In this document: one piece after another, positions 35,498 to 45,001 of the stretch | How the letters are laid out: the number at the start of each line of letters is the position of its first letter | How positions within the stretch are numbered: position 1 is the first letter of the stretch | IMG/VR virus record: IMGVR_UViG_3300034072_002211 | Span: 186,001 to 250,000 of that record | Reading direction: 5' to 3' (one strand) | DNA: 64,000 bases | Program-made: the position numbers and the translations under genes | Notes under the pieces: generated by a model | Databases searched by the model: none | What the model was told of the DNA's origin: nothing | Seen by the model: the letters and a program-made list of their open reading frames with translations, nothing else

Positions 35498-35653
35498 TCA
35501 ACCCTTTAGGATGACGCAAGCTTCCTTGCAGCAGGTGCCGCACTTGACCGCGCAGCCTAGGAACTGGTAAGCTTGGTGGGGAGATTTCGCGCCGGCCTGC
35601 TTGGCCTTAAGGATCTTTCCCTCGTTCAGGTTGTTACAAACACAGATGACCAT
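35498..35653 (-). CDS. Bfd-like [2Fe-2S] ferredoxin (51 aa, not in ORF track)
   Basis: MVICVCNNL...GCAVKCGTCC: CxC...CGxC; GGAGG RBS. Confidence 0.8.
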   Translation of the reverse strand: MVICVCNNLNEGKILKAKQAGAKSPHQAYQFLGCAVKCGTCCKEACVILKG

Positions 35654-35674
35654 AAACCCTCCACCAGTATCGCA

Positions 35675-35682
35675 CCTATTTA
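35675..35682 (-). promoter_or_regulatory. putative late promoter TAAATAGG
   Basis: intergenic, upstream of the Bfd-like gene. Confidence 0.5.
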
Positions 35683-35701
35683 AGCGATCAGGTGAGAGTT
35701 G

Positions 35702-35980
35702 TCAAATGCGTTGTAGCTTGAGCATCATGGCGCTCGCCATGCCGTGCTTCTTGGCGTGATAGTAGATCTCGCCTTCTCGATAGAACTGGAGGAGAGGGCT
35801 GGGGATAACCTTTGTGGCATCAGCGCCAGCTACGATAAAGGCTTCAAGAGTTGAAGCCGTTTCCTCCCATGCTTGTCGCATGTTGAGACCTTCGAACCGC
35901 CGCTTCCCAGGGCTGATATAGACTTGGCGGGCCTCGTGACAGGCCCGCTTTGTCCGTTCCCTGAGGTCTTTGAGAGTCAC
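35702..35980 (-). CDS. hypothetical protein
   Basis: GTGA coupling; ends AMMLKL. Confidence 0.65.
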   Translation of the reverse strand: MTLKDLRERTKRACHEARQVYISPGKRRFEGLNMRQAWEETASTLEAFIVAGADATKVIPSPLLQFYREGEIYYHAKKHGMASAMMLKLQRI

Positions 35981-36258
35981 GCCTTGCCGAAGGTCTTGTC
36001 GAGCAGGCCGGTCAGCACCGCGCGCGGCTCATCGTCGGTCGCGCCGGTGTCGCTGAACTGGACCATCACATCGACCACAGCCGTTTCCACGGTGTCCCGG
36101 TCCATGCCGGCGTTGACGCAGTCGGTGAACTTCTCGTTCAGGCGGAATGCCGCACGAGCGAGCCGCGTTTCGGATTTGCGGTCGGCAGCAACGAGCTCCC
36201 AGTCATCCGCCGAGAGGTTCGGGTTCTCGATTTTCGTGCTTGCGGTCAGTGCGGGCAT
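35977..36258 (-). CDS. hypothetical phage protein
   Basis: GGGGAG RBS. Confidence 0.75.
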   Translation of the reverse strand: MPALTASTKIENPNLSADDWELVAADRKSETRLARAAFRLNEKFTDCVNAGMDRDTVETAVVDVMVQFSDTGATDDEPRAVLTGLLDKTFGKA

Positions 36259-36276
36259 TTTGTGTCTCCCCTCGGG

Positions 36277-36570
36277 TTATGCGGTTTGGTTAGCAGGTTG
36301 TGACTTTGCGTCAACCGCTTCGTTGAGAACAGCGCGGAACTTCATGAAGTCCTCGCCGATGTTGTCACCGAGCAACCCCTTAGCGATCTCCGCCAAGTTG
36401 CTGCCCTGAACGTTGGGAGCAAGAGTGAGCACCTTGCTCATGCGGCCCCACTGGATCGGCGCAACGCTGGCAAAGTGACCCCGATATTTGAGGTAGCCGA
36501 GGACGCTGGGGTCCAGTTGCTCCCTGAGGGCCCACTCGAACCACTCGTTGAAGTCTGCTTCGATACGCAT
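36277..36570 (-). CDS. hypothetical protein
   Basis: GGGAGG RBS before MRIEAD. Confidence 0.65.
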   Translation of the reverse strand: MRIEADFNEWFEWALREQLDPSVLGYLKYRGHFASVAPIQWGRMSKVLTLAPNVQGSNLAEIAKGLLGDNIGEDFMKFRAVLNEAVDAKSQPANQTA

Positions 36571-36580
36571 GGAGCCTCCC

Positions 36581-37042
36581 TTATTCCGAAACCCAGCCGC
36601 CGGCCACAAAGCGCGTCTTCGTTGCCTTTGCTGCCTGGGCGGCCTCGATCTTCTTGACCTTCTCGGCTGCGCGGTCACGGCGCGCCGTCAGGGTGCGGAT
36701 AACGCTGGGAGCCTTCTTCTCGCGCTGCGCTGCCCAGAGGATGTTACCGGCCTCACGGACCTTCTCGCGCGCTGCGAGCAGTGGCTTCGTTTCGCGAATG
36801 ACCTTGACCTGGGCCAAGTAGCCGTCATTCTTTTCCTTGTTCTCGAGGAACTTCTCGAAATCTTCGACCGAGTTGAACACGGTGTTGACGAAACGCAGGC
36901 TACCCAGCATCCCGTAGGAGCCGCTGTAGGAGTGGCCGTTCTCATAACGGTCCTGCTCGGCGCGCTTGTCGAAGTCCTTGCGGGCCTGCTCGACCGTCTT
37001 GATCGAGTCCTTGAAGCCGATGATCTGGAGGTTAGCGCCCAT
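36581..37042 (-). CDS. hypothetical phage protein
   Basis: AGGAGATCG RBS and promoter element. Confidence 0.8.
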   Translation of the reverse strand: MGANLQIIGFKDSIKTVEQARKDFDKRAEQDRYENGHSYSGSYGMLGSLRFVNTVFNSVEDFEKFLENKEKNDGYLAQVKVIRETKPLLAAREKVREAGNILWAAQREKKAPSVIRTLTARRDRAAEKVKKIEAAQAAKATKTRFVAGGWVSE

Positions 37043-37114
37043 TTCCGATCTCCTGTCTGCGTTTCCGTATCACCAGTTCTATAGCAAACTGGTGAGCAGT
37101 CAACCAGAATCTGG

Positions 37115-37399
37115 TTAGGCGGCCAACTTTTCTGGGGCGAAGATCATCCATTCAGGGGATCTGACCATTTCACCCTTGATGGGCTCGAACACGATTTCCC
37201 GCAGCACGTCGTCGAAGCGCACATTGAAGCGCCGATCCTTGCTGTCGCTGTCCCTGATGATCTCGAGGGTTTTGCGGGCGCGTTCGATGTTGGCGAGGTT
37301 GCGCGCATTGAGACGCAATTCGATCCCACAGGAGCCGTAGACGAGAGCCAGATTGGACTCGAGAAAATAGATGTCACCTGCGGCGGTGCTAACGTCCAT
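37115..37399 (-). CDS. hypothetical protein
   Basis: AGGAGATCG RBS; ends EKLAA. Confidence 0.75.
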   Translation of the reverse strand: MDVSTAAGDIYFLESNLALVYGSCGIELRLNARNLANIERARKTLEIIRDSDSKDRRFNVRFDDVLREIVFEPIKGEMVRSPEWMIFAPEKLAA

Positions 37400-37460
37400 T
37401 GCCGATCTCCTAGTTATTGCCCACCAATTTAATACAAAGAGGTGAGGTGTCAACCAGAAA

Positions 37461-37700
37461 TCAATCCTCTATGGGACGAAGCGCGTTGGCTTGTTCGGCG
37501 AGGTTCTCAGCGCCCCGCTGGGTCCAGAGAGCAAGCTTGAGCAGCTTGTCGAACGGTTCCCCGCCCATGCTGTCTATGACGCCGGGCGGCATGTCTCGCA
37601 AGCGCGCAAGCACCGAGCCATCAGGCTCAAGGAACAGGTCGATTGATGCCGCGAACTTACCCTGCGGTTGAGGAAATTGAATGATTTTTGCCACGCTCAC
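37461..37700 (-). CDS. hypothetical protein
   Basis: GTGA coupling. Confidence 0.7.
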   Translation of the reverse strand: MSVAKIIQFPQPQGKFAASIDLFLEPDGSVLARLRDMPPGVIDSMGGEPFDKLLKLALWTQRGAENLAEQANALRPIED

Positions 37701-37950
37701 GTGCCTTCTGATCTTCTTCGACTGCGATCACGATAGCGTGGTAGAGAAACTTCTCCAAGCCCTCGCGTGGAGCATCTTGGAAGCCAGTGCTGATCGCGTC
37801 TTTGACTTCCTGCGGGATACCATCCTCGCCGAACTTGGCGCCCTTTGCGACCCAAGCCCCATAGTCGATCTGAGCGATAGCAGCTTCGATCAGCTCACTG
37901 TCAGGCTTGTCTCGGAAGCCCTCGAGGAGAGGATGGTCTCGGTAGTTCAC
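37657..37950 (-). CDS. hypothetical protein
   Basis: operonic ORF. Confidence 0.65.
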   Translation of the reverse strand: MNYRDHPLLEGFRDKPDSELIEAAIAQIDYGAWVAKGAKFGEDGIPQEVKDAISTGFQDAPREGLEKFLYHAIVIAVEEDQKARERGKNHSISSTAG

Positions 37951-38219
37951 TCTTCTTCCTCGTCCTCGTCGTCAGCATCGACGCTGAACTCGATATCGCG
38001 GTTGAGGTCCTCGAGCTGCTGGTGGATGTCGCCCGCTGCCGAGAACTCCCGATCATGCTCCGAGGATTCACCCTCAAACTCAAGGTCGCGCATTTCACCC
38101 GAGACGCCGCCGCTGCCGCACATATCGTAGCCGGCCTCGTTCATGATCTTCTCGATCGCGTCTTCCAGGACTTCGTCGGGTTCCTGTCCTTCGGTGAGCG
38201 GATACTGGATCAGAATCAT
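37947..38219 (-). CDS. acidic small protein
   Basis: AGGAGG RBS; D/E-rich tail. Confidence 0.75.
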   Translation of the reverse strand: MILIQYPLTEGQEPDEVLEDAIEKIMNEAGYDMCGSGGVSGEMRDLEFEGESSEHDREFSAAGDIHQQLEDLNRDIEFSVDADDEDEEEE

Positions 38220-38275
38220 TGGTGCCTCCTTTGTTAAACTCTGGATAGCACCAATGTTCTAAGCGTCAACCGCTA

Positions 38276-38908
38276 TCAGACTAGATCCCAGTCGGGATCC
38301 TTGACGTCCTGACGGGCATCGAAACGTGCGAACATGGCGCGCATGTCCTCGTAGAGCTTGGGATCGCCCTTGGTGAAGCCGACCCACTGCTCCTTCTTCT
38401 CCTGGACCCACTTGACCGCGAAGCCAGGATCCTGCGCGACGATGCTGGGCATGTTGGACTTCATATCCGCCAGCTTGACCGTCTGCTGCTCAGGTTCAGC
38501 GAGCCAGGAATGCTCCTTGTCCATGTTCTTTCGGAACTTGCGGTTGCCATCCTCGGGCTTCGAGACGTCAGTGACCTGATAGACGCCGGCGACGACCTTC
38601 TGGGCCACTTCGCTGCCGAATTCTGCGAATGCCGCACCCACATCGCTGAGCGTCTTGTGAGTGTCCTCGACCACATCGTGGCAGATGGCGACTGCCACCG
38701 TGATCGCATCACCGTGGATCGACCGTGCGACCATCTTGGCCACCTGGATCGGGTGAACCATGTAGGGCGCCTTGCTATACTTGCGGCGCTGCCCACCCAG
38801 CACAGGGTCAGGCTTCAGCGCATGGTTCTCATGCGCGTCTGTGGCGAACTCGATTGCCCGCAGGACAATCGGATCCTTCATCACGTCATAGGTTGCTTCT
38901 TCTGTCAT
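38276..38908 (-). CDS. HD-domain (p)ppGpp hydrolase-like protein (SpoT-HD/Mesh1-like)
   Basis: AIEFA..AH...QRRK....PY..HP..VA, CHDVVEDT, VKLAD..SN. Confidence 0.85.
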   Translation of the reverse strand: MTEEATYDVMKDPIVLRAIEFATDAHENHALKPDPVLGGQRRKYSKAPYMVHPIQVAKMVARSIHGDAITVAVAICHDVVEDTHKTLSDVGAAFAEFGSEVAQKVVAGVYQVTDVSKPEDGNRKFRKNMDKEHSWLAEPEQQTVKLADMKSNMPSIVAQDPGFAVKWVQEKKEQWVGFTKGDPKLYEDMRAMFARFDARQDVKDPDWDLV

Positions 38909-38948
38909 ACCCGTGCTCTAACACAGGCAAACCAGAAGTCAACACCAA

Positions 38949-39611
38949 TTAGATTGTGACGAGGATACGCTCGGGATCAGTCTCGAGGATGGTGCGTTCC
39001 AGATCCAAGTTCGCACGGGCATGATGAACCAGCGCCTTGGCCTGGTGCGTGTAGAACATCGTGTCCGGGTCTACCGTGCTCAGGAAGTGTAGACGACCCG
39101 TCAAGTAGGCGTCACGTCCAAAGCTATGGTATTCACGCCAGATGTTGCGCGCATACTCAAGATAATGTTCGTCCGGACAAAGGAAGATGCTCATGTCCGC
39201 GTCGCTCATGATCCTGAAGCTGAGCGTAGCATTCTCCTCGACCTTGTGCTTGGCCGTCATGCGGATCAGCTCTGCGACTTCTTTGACCTTGAGGCTCTTG
39301 TGTCGGTGGAGACTGCGGGTCATCGCGTAGGTTTCCCACACGATTGCGCTCTCTTCCTCGTTGAGCTTGCTCTTCACATTGTAGATGACGTCATGGTAGA
39401 TCAGCGCCAGAATAACAAGCGGCTGAAATCCATAATGTCGGCGCACGAACAGGCACGTTTCGTAGATGTGCTGCCACGTATGATAGTGGCGATCGGGACC
39501 CTTGTAGATGGTCCTGATACGCTTGAATTCACGCCAGTCAGGCCAAAGGCCTAGCGCACGGTGCGCTAGGAACCATTCCTTGGCAAGAAAGATGTCGTGT
39601 TTCAGGCTCAT
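38949..39611 (-). CDS. HD-superfamily metal-dependent phosphohydrolase
   Basis: RHYHTWQHI, YHDVIY...NEEESA, T..H, DADMSI. Confidence 0.8.
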   Translation of the reverse strand: MSLKHDIFLAKEWFLAHRALGLWPDWREFKRIRTIYKGPDRHYHTWQHIYETCLFVRRHYGFQPLVILALIYHDVIYNVKSKLNEEESAIVWETYAMTRSLHRHKSLKVKEVAELIRMTAKHKVEENATLSFRIMSDADMSIFLCPDEHYLEYARNIWREYHSFGRDAYLTGRLHFLSTVDPDTMFYTHQAKALVHHARANLDLERTILETDPERILVTI

Positions 39612-39634
39612 TACATCATCGTAAAGCTTTTTGT

Positions 39635-41329
39635 CTAAGCGTCAACCTGTTCGTATTGACGTAACAGCGCAATGGTGTTTCTGAGCCCGTAAGCCACTGT
39701 GAAAGCACCGAAACGTGGCCCATCGCTTGAACCCAAGAGACATTCGTAGAGAGCTTGGAACCATGACCGCAACGGCTCAAACTCATGCTTCTTGCCGACC
39801 TCATAGACCTGATACTGATAATGCTCGGCGGTCATGTTTTCGAGCATCAGAGAGAAACGGGTCGCAAGCTCACTGAATGCTGCCCGCTCCTTCTCGGTGG
39901 GTTCTCGGCGAGAACGCTCAAACAGCCCCTTGTCGGTTGCGTAGGCGATGACCTTGGGAGCCATTTCCCGCGCATAAGCCGCGGTCGCGTCGGCGAACTC
40001 ACGACCCTGCATCAAGTAAGCGAGCAGGTTCTCTGGCTGCTTGGCCTGAGCCACAACAGCCAAGTTGAGCATGAGTCCATGGGAGATGTCAGAGCTCAGT
40101 GGCTCAGGCAATTCCACGCGGAAGTGCCACGTGGCGTCATCGGGCGTCGTCTCAGCCTTCTGCCGCAACTTGACATACTGGTCTTCCAGCTGGGGCACGA
40201 TCTCTCTGTAGAGCTTCTTTGCCGCGCGTGGGTTCTGAAACATGAACAGCATCAGGGAGCCAGTCGACCCATAGGTCAACCACTGCTCGACCGTAAAGCC
40301 GTTGCCCTTGCTCTTGCTGATCTTTGCGCCGTTTTCGTCCAGGAACAGTTCATAGGTCAGGTTGAGCGGAGGGGTTCCGCCGAGGATCCGACAGATCTGG
40401 TTGGAAGCCTTGACGCTGTCAATGAGGTCCTTGCCAGACATCTCATAGTCCACGTCAAAGTAGACCCAGCGCATCGCCCAGTCGACCTTCCACTGAAGCT
40501 TGGCATTGCCGTTGTGGCTCATCTGGCCACAGTGCTCACCGTCGTCCGTGACCCAGCCGATGTATCCACGTGCGCCAGTTGCCTCGGCCTTGACCTGCAG
40601 AACAGGGCCCTTGCCACACCAACGCGGCATAAACGGACTGTAGGTCGCCTTGCGATCATCCCCCAGCGTGGCGAGCATGATCTCCTGAATCTTGTCGAAG
40701 TTGTCCCAGACGCGGTTCAGCATCTCGTTGAACTTGCCGGACTTGTAATAGCGCGAGGAGCTCACAAAGCTCACAGTGCTGCGGTCGGGCGATGCTCCCA
40801 CTTGGCCGCCATTGTAGTCCTTGAGGATGCGATCCACAAACTCGCAGAGCTTGTCGTTGTTGGCTTCGGCAAAGGTCATGGGATCAACCATGACTTGCGT
40901 GACACCCGGATCGTTGGAATAGGGCGAAGGAACCTCACTGAGCGGCAGGCCCAGATACTCGTTCATCCACTCGGGCATGTCGTCAGGGACCTTACGCATT
41001 GCGTCATAGTCATCCGAGAACATGATCAGACGGGTCTTGTAGGCGTTCTGCGTGAGCTCATTGAAAGCGCGCATCACCCAGAGGGTGCGGACCACCTCAC
41101 CAAAGGTGCCGATATGCGGAGCGCCCGAGGGACCATAGCCGGTCTCAAAGGTCACCACATCACCAGGCTTCTTGCCCTTCTTCTCGATATGAGCGAGAAG
41201 GCTGCGGGCCTCCTGGAAGGGCCAAGACTTTGCCTGGTCGAAAATGGTAGCCTCCTTTGCCTGCTCTGCTTTGATGGCACGGATCCGCTCGATGAGGGCT
41301 TCCTCTTCCCAGCGGTTCATCATAGCCAT
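39635..41329 (-). CDS. lysS: class I lysyl-tRNA synthetase
   Basis: TGYGPSG.PHIGT, KLQWKVDWAMRW, EMSGKDL, KISKSKGN, GPRFG. Confidence 0.95.
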   Translation of the reverse strand: MAMMNRWEEEALIERIRAIKAEQAKEATIFDQAKSWPFQEARSLLAHIEKKGKKPGDVVTFETGYGPSGAPHIGTFGEVVRTLWVMRAFNELTQNAYKTRLIMFSDDYDAMRKVPDDMPEWMNEYLGLPLSEVPSPYSNDPGVTQVMVDPMTFAEANNDKLCEFVDRILKDYNGGQVGASPDRSTVSFVSSSRYYKSGKFNEMLNRVWDNFDKIQEIMLATLGDDRKATYSPFMPRWCGKGPVLQVKAEATGARGYIGWVTDDGEHCGQMSHNGNAKLQWKVDWAMRWVYFDVDYEMSGKDLIDSVKASNQICRILGGTPPLNLTYELFLDENGAKISKSKGNGFTVEQWLTYGSTGSLMLFMFQNPRAAKKLYREIVPQLEDQYVKLRQKAETTPDDATWHFRVELPEPLSSDISHGLMLNLAVVAQAKQPENLLAYLMQGREFADATAAYAREMAPKVIAYATDKGLFERSRREPTEKERAAFSELATRFSLMLENMTAEHYQYQVYEVGKKHEFEPLRSWFQALYECLLGSSDGPRFGAFTVAYGLRNTIALLRQYEQVDA

Positions 41330-41375
41330 CCTCCTTTGGGGCTAGACTACAGCCTAGCCCCACGGAGTCAACCAA

Positions 41376-41801
41376 TTAGAAGATCTCGCCGGCGAAGATG
41401 CTGCGCGGGTTCGTGGGGTTGGGCTTGGGCTCTTCCCACTTCGTGAAGGGAAGGTGGACTCCGCGCTCCTTGAGGTAAACGCAGAAGTCGAAATCACAGT
41501 ATTGCGGATAGAGCCGCTTGTTGGGAACCAGCTCGTCGAGCGACTCGATACCGTCGCCTGAAACGTCCGCCTTGCGGATGCTCGTTTCCGGCTTGTCCAG
41601 GTTGTTCCGGTAGACGTAGATGTAGATGTGACCGTAGTGGTCCTGGAAGACGTGGTGCGTCTCACGGTCGCAGGTGTAACCGTAAAGGAGCGTCTTGGGA
41701 TCGCGAGTCGCGTTCGATGTGTAGTCCTTGGCCTGGAGATAGATGGCCGTGCGGACCGTTTCCTCATGCCGCGTCAGCGCCTCGAGCTGCTTCTGATCCA
41801 T
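41376..41801 (-). CDS. hypothetical phage protein
   Basis: AGGAGATCG RBS and promoter element. Confidence 0.8.
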   Translation of the reverse strand: MDQKQLEALTRHEETVRTAIYLQAKDYTSNATRDPKTLLYGYTCDRETHHVFQDHYGHIYIYVYRNNLDKPETSIRKADVSGDGIESLDELVPNKRLYPQYCDFDFCVYLKERGVHLPFTKWEEPKPNPTNPRSIFAGEIF

Positions 41802-41858
41802 TTTCGATCTCCTGTTTTCGTTTCCGATAACCAGGTGATAGCAGAAACTGGTGAGGCG

Positions 41859-42314
41859 TCAACCTAAAACCTGAACTCTTTTCTTGCCCCGCTTCATGCG
41901 CTTCTTGAGCACCTTGTTGACCAGCTCATGGTCAGGCTTTTGGCGCAGCGCCTTGGGGTCGAGGTTCAGGTCAGGCCACTTGTCCACCTTGCGCTCCATC
42001 TGTCGAGCGGTGCGCTTCAAATAGCCACGAGCCACGATGATGGTGCGATTATATTCCGCAATGCTCTTATAGTTGCGGCGAACATTCTCGGGATCGGGCT
42101 TTGCGTTGGGGAAACGAAGCCGCCTTTCCTCTGACTGATGAGTGTAGGTGCGATCCTTCTCCAAGCGGTCAAAATACCGCTTCATGGAAAAGTGCTCAGC
42201 AAGCTTCTGCATCATGGCCATGACCTTGGCCTGAGCATTCTCAACGCCAGCTTCGTTTAGCGCCTCGATGATCAGAAGTGGATTGCAGTAAATCTGGTGT
42301 AGCGTGGGGCGCAT
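41859..42314 (-). CDS. basic hypothetical protein
   Basis: TAATG coupling. Confidence 0.65.
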   Translation of the reverse strand: MRPTLHQIYCNPLLIIEALNEAGVENAQAKVMAMMQKLAEHFSMKRYFDRLEKDRTYTHQSEERRLRFPNAKPDPENVRRNYKSIAEYNRTIIVARGYLKRTARQMERKVDKWPDLNLDPKALRQKPDHELVNKVLKKRMKRGKKRVQVLG

Positions 42315-42610
42315 TACTCAACTCGGGTCAGGATGCCAAAGACATTCTTTCGAGGAGTCCACCCATTCACATGACCATGGTTGTTGGAGATCTGATATTG
42401 ATCAGGCCTCACACCGGTCACGAGATGTAGGTATTGAGCACCGCGCACCTTACAGAGCACGATGTCACCCTTCTGTGGATCTCGATCTAGTGGTGCGATA
42501 GTGCAGAGTTGGCCTGACGAGATCCTTCCCGTCATGCTATTGCCCTTGGGCCGACACTGGACCGTCTTGCCTTCTTGAAGTTCTTTGATAAGATGTGTGG
42601 CCCAACTCAT
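42314..42610 (-). CDS. S24/S26 peptidase-like single domain
   Basis: GNSM...I..G, GDIVL, YLHLV. Confidence 0.7.
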   Translation of the reverse strand: MSWATHLIKELQEGKTVQCRPKGNSMTGRISSGQLCTIAPLDRDPQKGDIVLCKVRGAQYLHLVTGVRPDQYQISNNHGHVNGWTPRKNVFGILTRVE

Positions 42611-42750
42611 AGATCCACGTTACAGATCCTTGTCTGTCTTGTCAACTTTGGATCGGGAGACATCTTTGGCTCTCACCTGTAATCCTTTTTATTGAGGAAC
42701 CGTAACCAGATTCTGTATAAAGGTGGTTAGATATCACAGACGGAAACCAT

Positions 42751-43683
42751 ATGCTCGTTGCACCAAAGCAACTCGACACTAGCAAAGACATAAAGATGAA
42801 AGGAGGAAAGATCCTCCTGGTTTCTGGTGATGTCTTGACCCCTAGTCTAAGCTTCACGGATGATCCGTCGACTGGCTTCTACAAAACGTCGTCTGTTGCT
42901 TTGGGATATGCTTATCAAGGGAACAGCATTCTAAGCATTGGAACCAACGGGGTCACCAGTGGTTCGTTCAGCGGCTCACTGAGTGGTAATGCTTCCACTT
43001 CAACCAAGTTGGCCACTCCTCGGACCCTAACTTGGTCTGGTGATGCGAGTGGATCACTGACCTTCGATGGTTCAGCAAATGCTACCGCTACCCTTACTTT
43101 GGCTAATTCTGGCGTGGCCGCTGGCACATATTCTACCGTCACTGTAGATGCTAAGGGACGGGTCACTGGCGGCTCAAAGTCTGCCTATCGTTCCTCAATT
43201 TTATTTGCTGGTAACTTCTTCTCTCCCAACAATACAGATTGGGTTTGTCCCAATCTGGCTCCTGCTAGTGCGGATCCGGCCTCTCCTTCTTTGAACGTGA
43301 GAGCATTTGATGACACCATGGAGACAGGTGTTGGATTCTACCAATATATCCCACCACTGGCTACCACGCTGACGTTGGTCATCAAGGCTCGTCCTACAAC
43401 CAATCCTAGTAGTTCTACCAAGTCAGTTATGCGCCTCTATCATAGAGCAATTCCGGATGGCACGGCCATGCCAGCGTGGTCTGCTCCTATTCAGCTAACT
43501 GACTTGAGCTTCCCGTCTGGCGTGAATTATTATAAGACCTTCACCCAGACAATATCATTGGCTTCAGGCGGATGGGCCCCAGGGAACACCTATTTGTTTG
43601 AACTAACTCGTTTTGGCAGTTCAACAGCTGATACTTTGCTGGGAGATCTTTTGATCATTGAAGTTCAGGCTATTTGGTCATGA
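42751..43683 (+). CDS. tail fibre / receptor-binding protein
   Basis: LSGNASTSTKLATPRT..SGDASGS..FDGSAN and SGVAAGTYSTVTVDAKGRVT fibre motifs; low GC. Confidence 0.8.
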   Translation: MLVAPKQLDTSKDIKMKGGKILLVSGDVLTPSLSFTDDPSTGFYKTSSVALGYAYQGNSILSIGTNGVTSGSFSGSLSGNASTSTKLATPRTLTWSGDASGSLTFDGSANATATLTLANSGVAAGTYSTVTVDAKGRVTGGSKSAYRSSILFAGNFFSPNNTDWVCPNLAPASADPASPSLNVRAFDDTMETGVGFYQYIPPLATTLTLVIKARPTTNPSSSTKSVMRLYHRAIPDGTAMPAWSAPIQLTDLSFPSGVNYYKTFTQTISLASGGWAPGNTYLFELTRFGSSTADTLLGDLLIIEVQAIWS

Positions 43684-44384
43684 CGGTTCTTTTCAATGGC
43701 AGCAATCAATATCTAACTCTGGATACCTCTAGTATTCTAGACTTGAGAGATTTCACGCTGACTTGTTGGATTAATCAAGCCACTGTCACATCGAGCACTA
43801 GGGTTGTTTTTGCCAGCAATTCAGCAGAAAACAACTATCAAGCGCCAATAGCTTTTTACATCCAGAACGGTCGACTAGGCCTCCAGATTACCAGGACTAG
43901 AACTATCCTTTGGTTTTGGACTATTACAGAAACGGATACTCTTCTGGGTAATGCTACGATCCCTGTGAATCACTGGACCCATGTTGCTGCGTCATATGAC
44001 GGTAATACGATGAGAGTTTTCGTAGATGGTGTGCCTGACGGAAGTCTGGTATCTGGTTACCAGCCAATAACAGGCAACATCAATGCTACCGTGGGGGCAG
44101 ACTTGACAGGGTCTTCTTCGGCGCAGGGTTTTTGGAGTGGCCAGCTGGCTGACTTCCGTCTTTATAATCGAGAGCTACATCCTGGGGAGATCAAGACCAT
44201 TGCCACTTTGGGTGGGGCTGATGAGATCCTCTATGGACTCCGGGGACGCTGGGGAATGAATGAAGGGGTAGCTAACTCTACGGTGTCTTCTGGCGTTCTA
44301 GATTACAGTATCAACAGAAACAAGGCAAACGCAAGAAACAATCCCAAGTTTCTTCCTGGTGTCTACGCGAATGGTGAGGACTAA
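43680..44384 (+). CDS. LamG/concanavalin-A-like lectin domain protein
   Basis: FNGSNQYL, FTLTCWI, WTHVAASYDG...FVDG, F.G.LADFRLYNR.L. Confidence 0.85.
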   Translation: MTVLFNGSNQYLTLDTSSILDLRDFTLTCWINQATVTSSTRVVFASNSAENNYQAPIAFYIQNGRLGLQITRTRTILWFWTITETDTLLGNATIPVNHWTHVAASYDGNTMRVFVDGVPDGSLVSGYQPITGNINATVGADLTGSSSAQGFWSGQLADFRLYNRELHPGEIKTIATLGGADEILYGLRGRWGMNEGVANSTVSSGVLDYSINRNKANARNNPKFLPGVYANGED

Positions 44385-44962
44385 TGGCTGCAGTATTCAA
44401 CCGAACGACAAAACAATACCTGATATCAGTTAACACTCCAGATTATAGCCCAAGTGAGTGGTTGATTAACCCTGACATCACTCCAGTTCGAGGCCATGAT
44501 CCTCGAGTCTGGGTCATCAATCCGGATGACACTTTGCGGCTCATGACCGATGCTGAAATGGATGCTGAGTTCCTAGAGGGATATAAGCTCACATGGTCTA
44601 ACAAGGTCAATGAACACCGGGAACGAGTTATTGGTAATGGTATGTGGTATATGGGTTATCTCTTTGATACTGATAATACTGCTCGAGACAATATCGTGGC
44701 AACAGTGAGCGCAATCAATGCGGGCATGGTGTTGCCTCCTGATTTTGTGTGGCGTGATGGATCAAATCACAACGTGCCTATGACTGCCCAGCAGGTAACA
44801 ACTATGGGTATTATGATGCTAGGTTACATCAATCAGATTTATGCTCATTCCTGGACTCTGAAGGCTCAGATCTCTGCTTGCGCTACTCGTGCGGAAGTCA
44901 GGGCTATTGACGTCACACTGGGCTGGCCTTCCAACAACGTAGACGGTTCGCAACCTACTTGA
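44384..44962 (+). CDS. tail fibre assembly protein (DUF4376-like)
   Basis: FDTD...RDNI, WRDGSNHNVPMT, H...LKAQI, IDVTLGWP. Confidence 0.7.
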   Translation: MAAVFNRTTKQYLISVNTPDYSPSEWLINPDITPVRGHDPRVWVINPDDTLRLMTDAEMDAEFLEGYKLTWSNKVNEHRERVIGNGMWYMGYLFDTDNTARDNIVATVSAINAGMVLPPDFVWRDGSNHNVPMTAQQVTTMGIMMLGYINQIYAHSWTLKAQISACATRAEVRAIDVTLGWPSNNVDGSQPT

Positions 44963-45001
44963 CTGTCAATAAATATGGCTGGATCCTAATGGAGAACAGC
45001 C

